Positions 62,796 to 64,000 of a stretch of 64,000 bases of DNA are shown in pieces; within the stretch, counting starts at the first letter, position 1, and each line of letters starts with the position of its first letter. The notes below the pieces were generated by a model, which was not told where the DNA came from, searched no databases, and was given only the letters and a program-made list of their open reading frames with translations. Made by a program: the position numbers and the translations under genes. The stretch is from Squalus acanthias (taxonomy: Eukaryota), in contig CM059432.1 of NCBI GenBank assembly GCA_030390025.1, forward strand, positions 31,932,001 to 31,996,000, given 5' to 3'.

Positions 62796-63483
62796 GTGAT
62801 GCGGAGATGCCGGTGTTGGACTGGGGTGGACAAAAATGAGAAGTCGCACAACACCAGGTTATAGTCCAACAGTTTTATTTGAAATCACAAGCTTTCGGAG
62901 CGGCTGCTCCTTCACCTGACGAAGGAGCACAGAATCCACAGAATCCACACAGTGCAGATGGAGGCCATTTCGGCCCATCGAGCCTGCACCGACACATATC
63001 CCACCCTATCCCCGTAACCCCACGTATTTAATCCCCCTAACACTAAGGGTCAATTTATCATAGCCAAATCAACCTAACCCGCACATCTTTGGACTGTGGG
63101 AGGAAACCGGAGCACCCGGAGGAAACCCACGCAGACACGGGGAGAATGTGCAAACTCCACACAGACAGTCACCCGAGGCCGGATTCGAACCCGGGTCCCT
63201 GGCGCTGTGAGGCCACAGTGCTAACCACTATGCCACCGTGTTGCTCCGAAAGCTTGTGATTTCAAATAAAACTGTTGGACTATAACCTTTGTCCACCCCA
63301 GTCCAACACCGGCATCTCCACATCATTCTTAGGGACATAACCTACTTGCCTAAATCCAGTGAGGTTAGGCACAGGTTAGCAACAGACAAGGCTTAGTGAC
63401 CCCAAATGTGCTCAGGGGCACTACTGGGGTTTAACCCACTTAAACTGAACAGAATACTGCTGGTGTTGTGCGACTTCTCATTT
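62796..63483. mobile_element. Second palindromic Penelope-like insertion, with a SINE and an extra segment inside
   Basis: 12-bp TSD TTCTCCA(T/C)GAAT (62784-62795, 63484-63495); left arm nearly identical to 54957-55075. Confidence 0.82.
62930..63241 (-). mobile_element. HE1-like (V-domain) tRNA-derived SINE
   Basis: Minus strand: TGGCATAGTGG A-box, GGTTCGAATCC B-box, GTGTGGAGTTTGCACATTCTCCCCGTG V-domain, CR1-like 3' end and (GGATTCTGT)n tail. Confidence 0.9.
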
Positions 63484-63791
63484 TTCTCCACGAATAGGGA
63501 AGCAACTCCCTTTTAAAGGTGAGGGAAAAAGTTTTGTCCAATCTCTAGCCTTGCTCAAGACTTGTGAATTTTGTACTTGGGCCCTTTAGTTCTATGCTTG
63601 TTGTCCAGGGCAAATAGCTTGTTTGCTTCAATCTTATCCTGCCCTTTAATTTTTTTTTAAACAATCATTCTCTTTTCCCCCCGAGTCTTTTTCAGTGAAC
63701 ATAGGTTTAGTTGATTCGGTCTCCCTTCATTACTTCCCTCTTCTGTTGACTGAGCCCCTGTTTCTAACTGGGATTGCTTTTATCTCTACAG

Positions 63792-63895
63792 TTTGATCTG
63801 GTTTGTGATGACAATTGGTTAAATCAGCTCTCACGGTCGATTTCCATGTTTGGACTTTTGGTTGGAGCCCTGTTGTTCGGTCCCCTATCAGACAG
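63792..63895 (+). CDS. SLC22A13: SLC22A13-like second coding exon ([35 protein letters not shown])
   Basis: TACAG acceptor; AG|GTAAG donor; 104 nt, the typical SLC22 exon-2 size; FDLVC and G.LSDR motifs. Confidence 0.92.
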
Positions 63896-64000
63896 GTAAG
63901 AACCAACAGTTTAGATACTGTACAAGCACTATTGGTCATTTGTAGCCTCAGAATGGAGTACTGTCTTAAACAGGAGGTATAGTTCACTAAATTAGCCTAC

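Noticed and set aside
63170..63241. tRNA gene
   Set aside because: It is the tRNA-derived head of an HE1-like SINE, continuous with the V-domain

Overview
This is eukaryotic, repeat-dense vertebrate DNA, almost certainly from a cartilaginous fish (shark or ray), judged from HE1-like and Deu-domain SINEs and HER1/CR1-type LINEs. The + strand carries the last seven coding exons and 3' UTR of OXSR1 (ending ...DDIKLIGFAQLTIS*). These are followed by the first two coding exons of an SLC22A13-like organic ion transporter, the same gene order as human 3p22. Most of the rest is transposon-derived: many CR1/L2 LINE fragments (one with an uninterrupted ~920-aa APE+RT ORF2), SINEs, a solo LTR with a TATA target duplication, a short Helitron, MITE-like palindromes, and a decayed two-gene Harbinger transposon with nested insertions. 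The most notable signal is a set of short Penelope-like insertions carrying minimal hammerhead ribozyme cores with compensatory stem changes. One is a perfect 187-bp palindrome, and another has a SINE inserted in its stem II loop. Also unusual is an inverted duplication containing a micro-inversion. All assignments come from reading the sequence, with no database searches, and repeat boundaries are approximate unless a TSD is cited.
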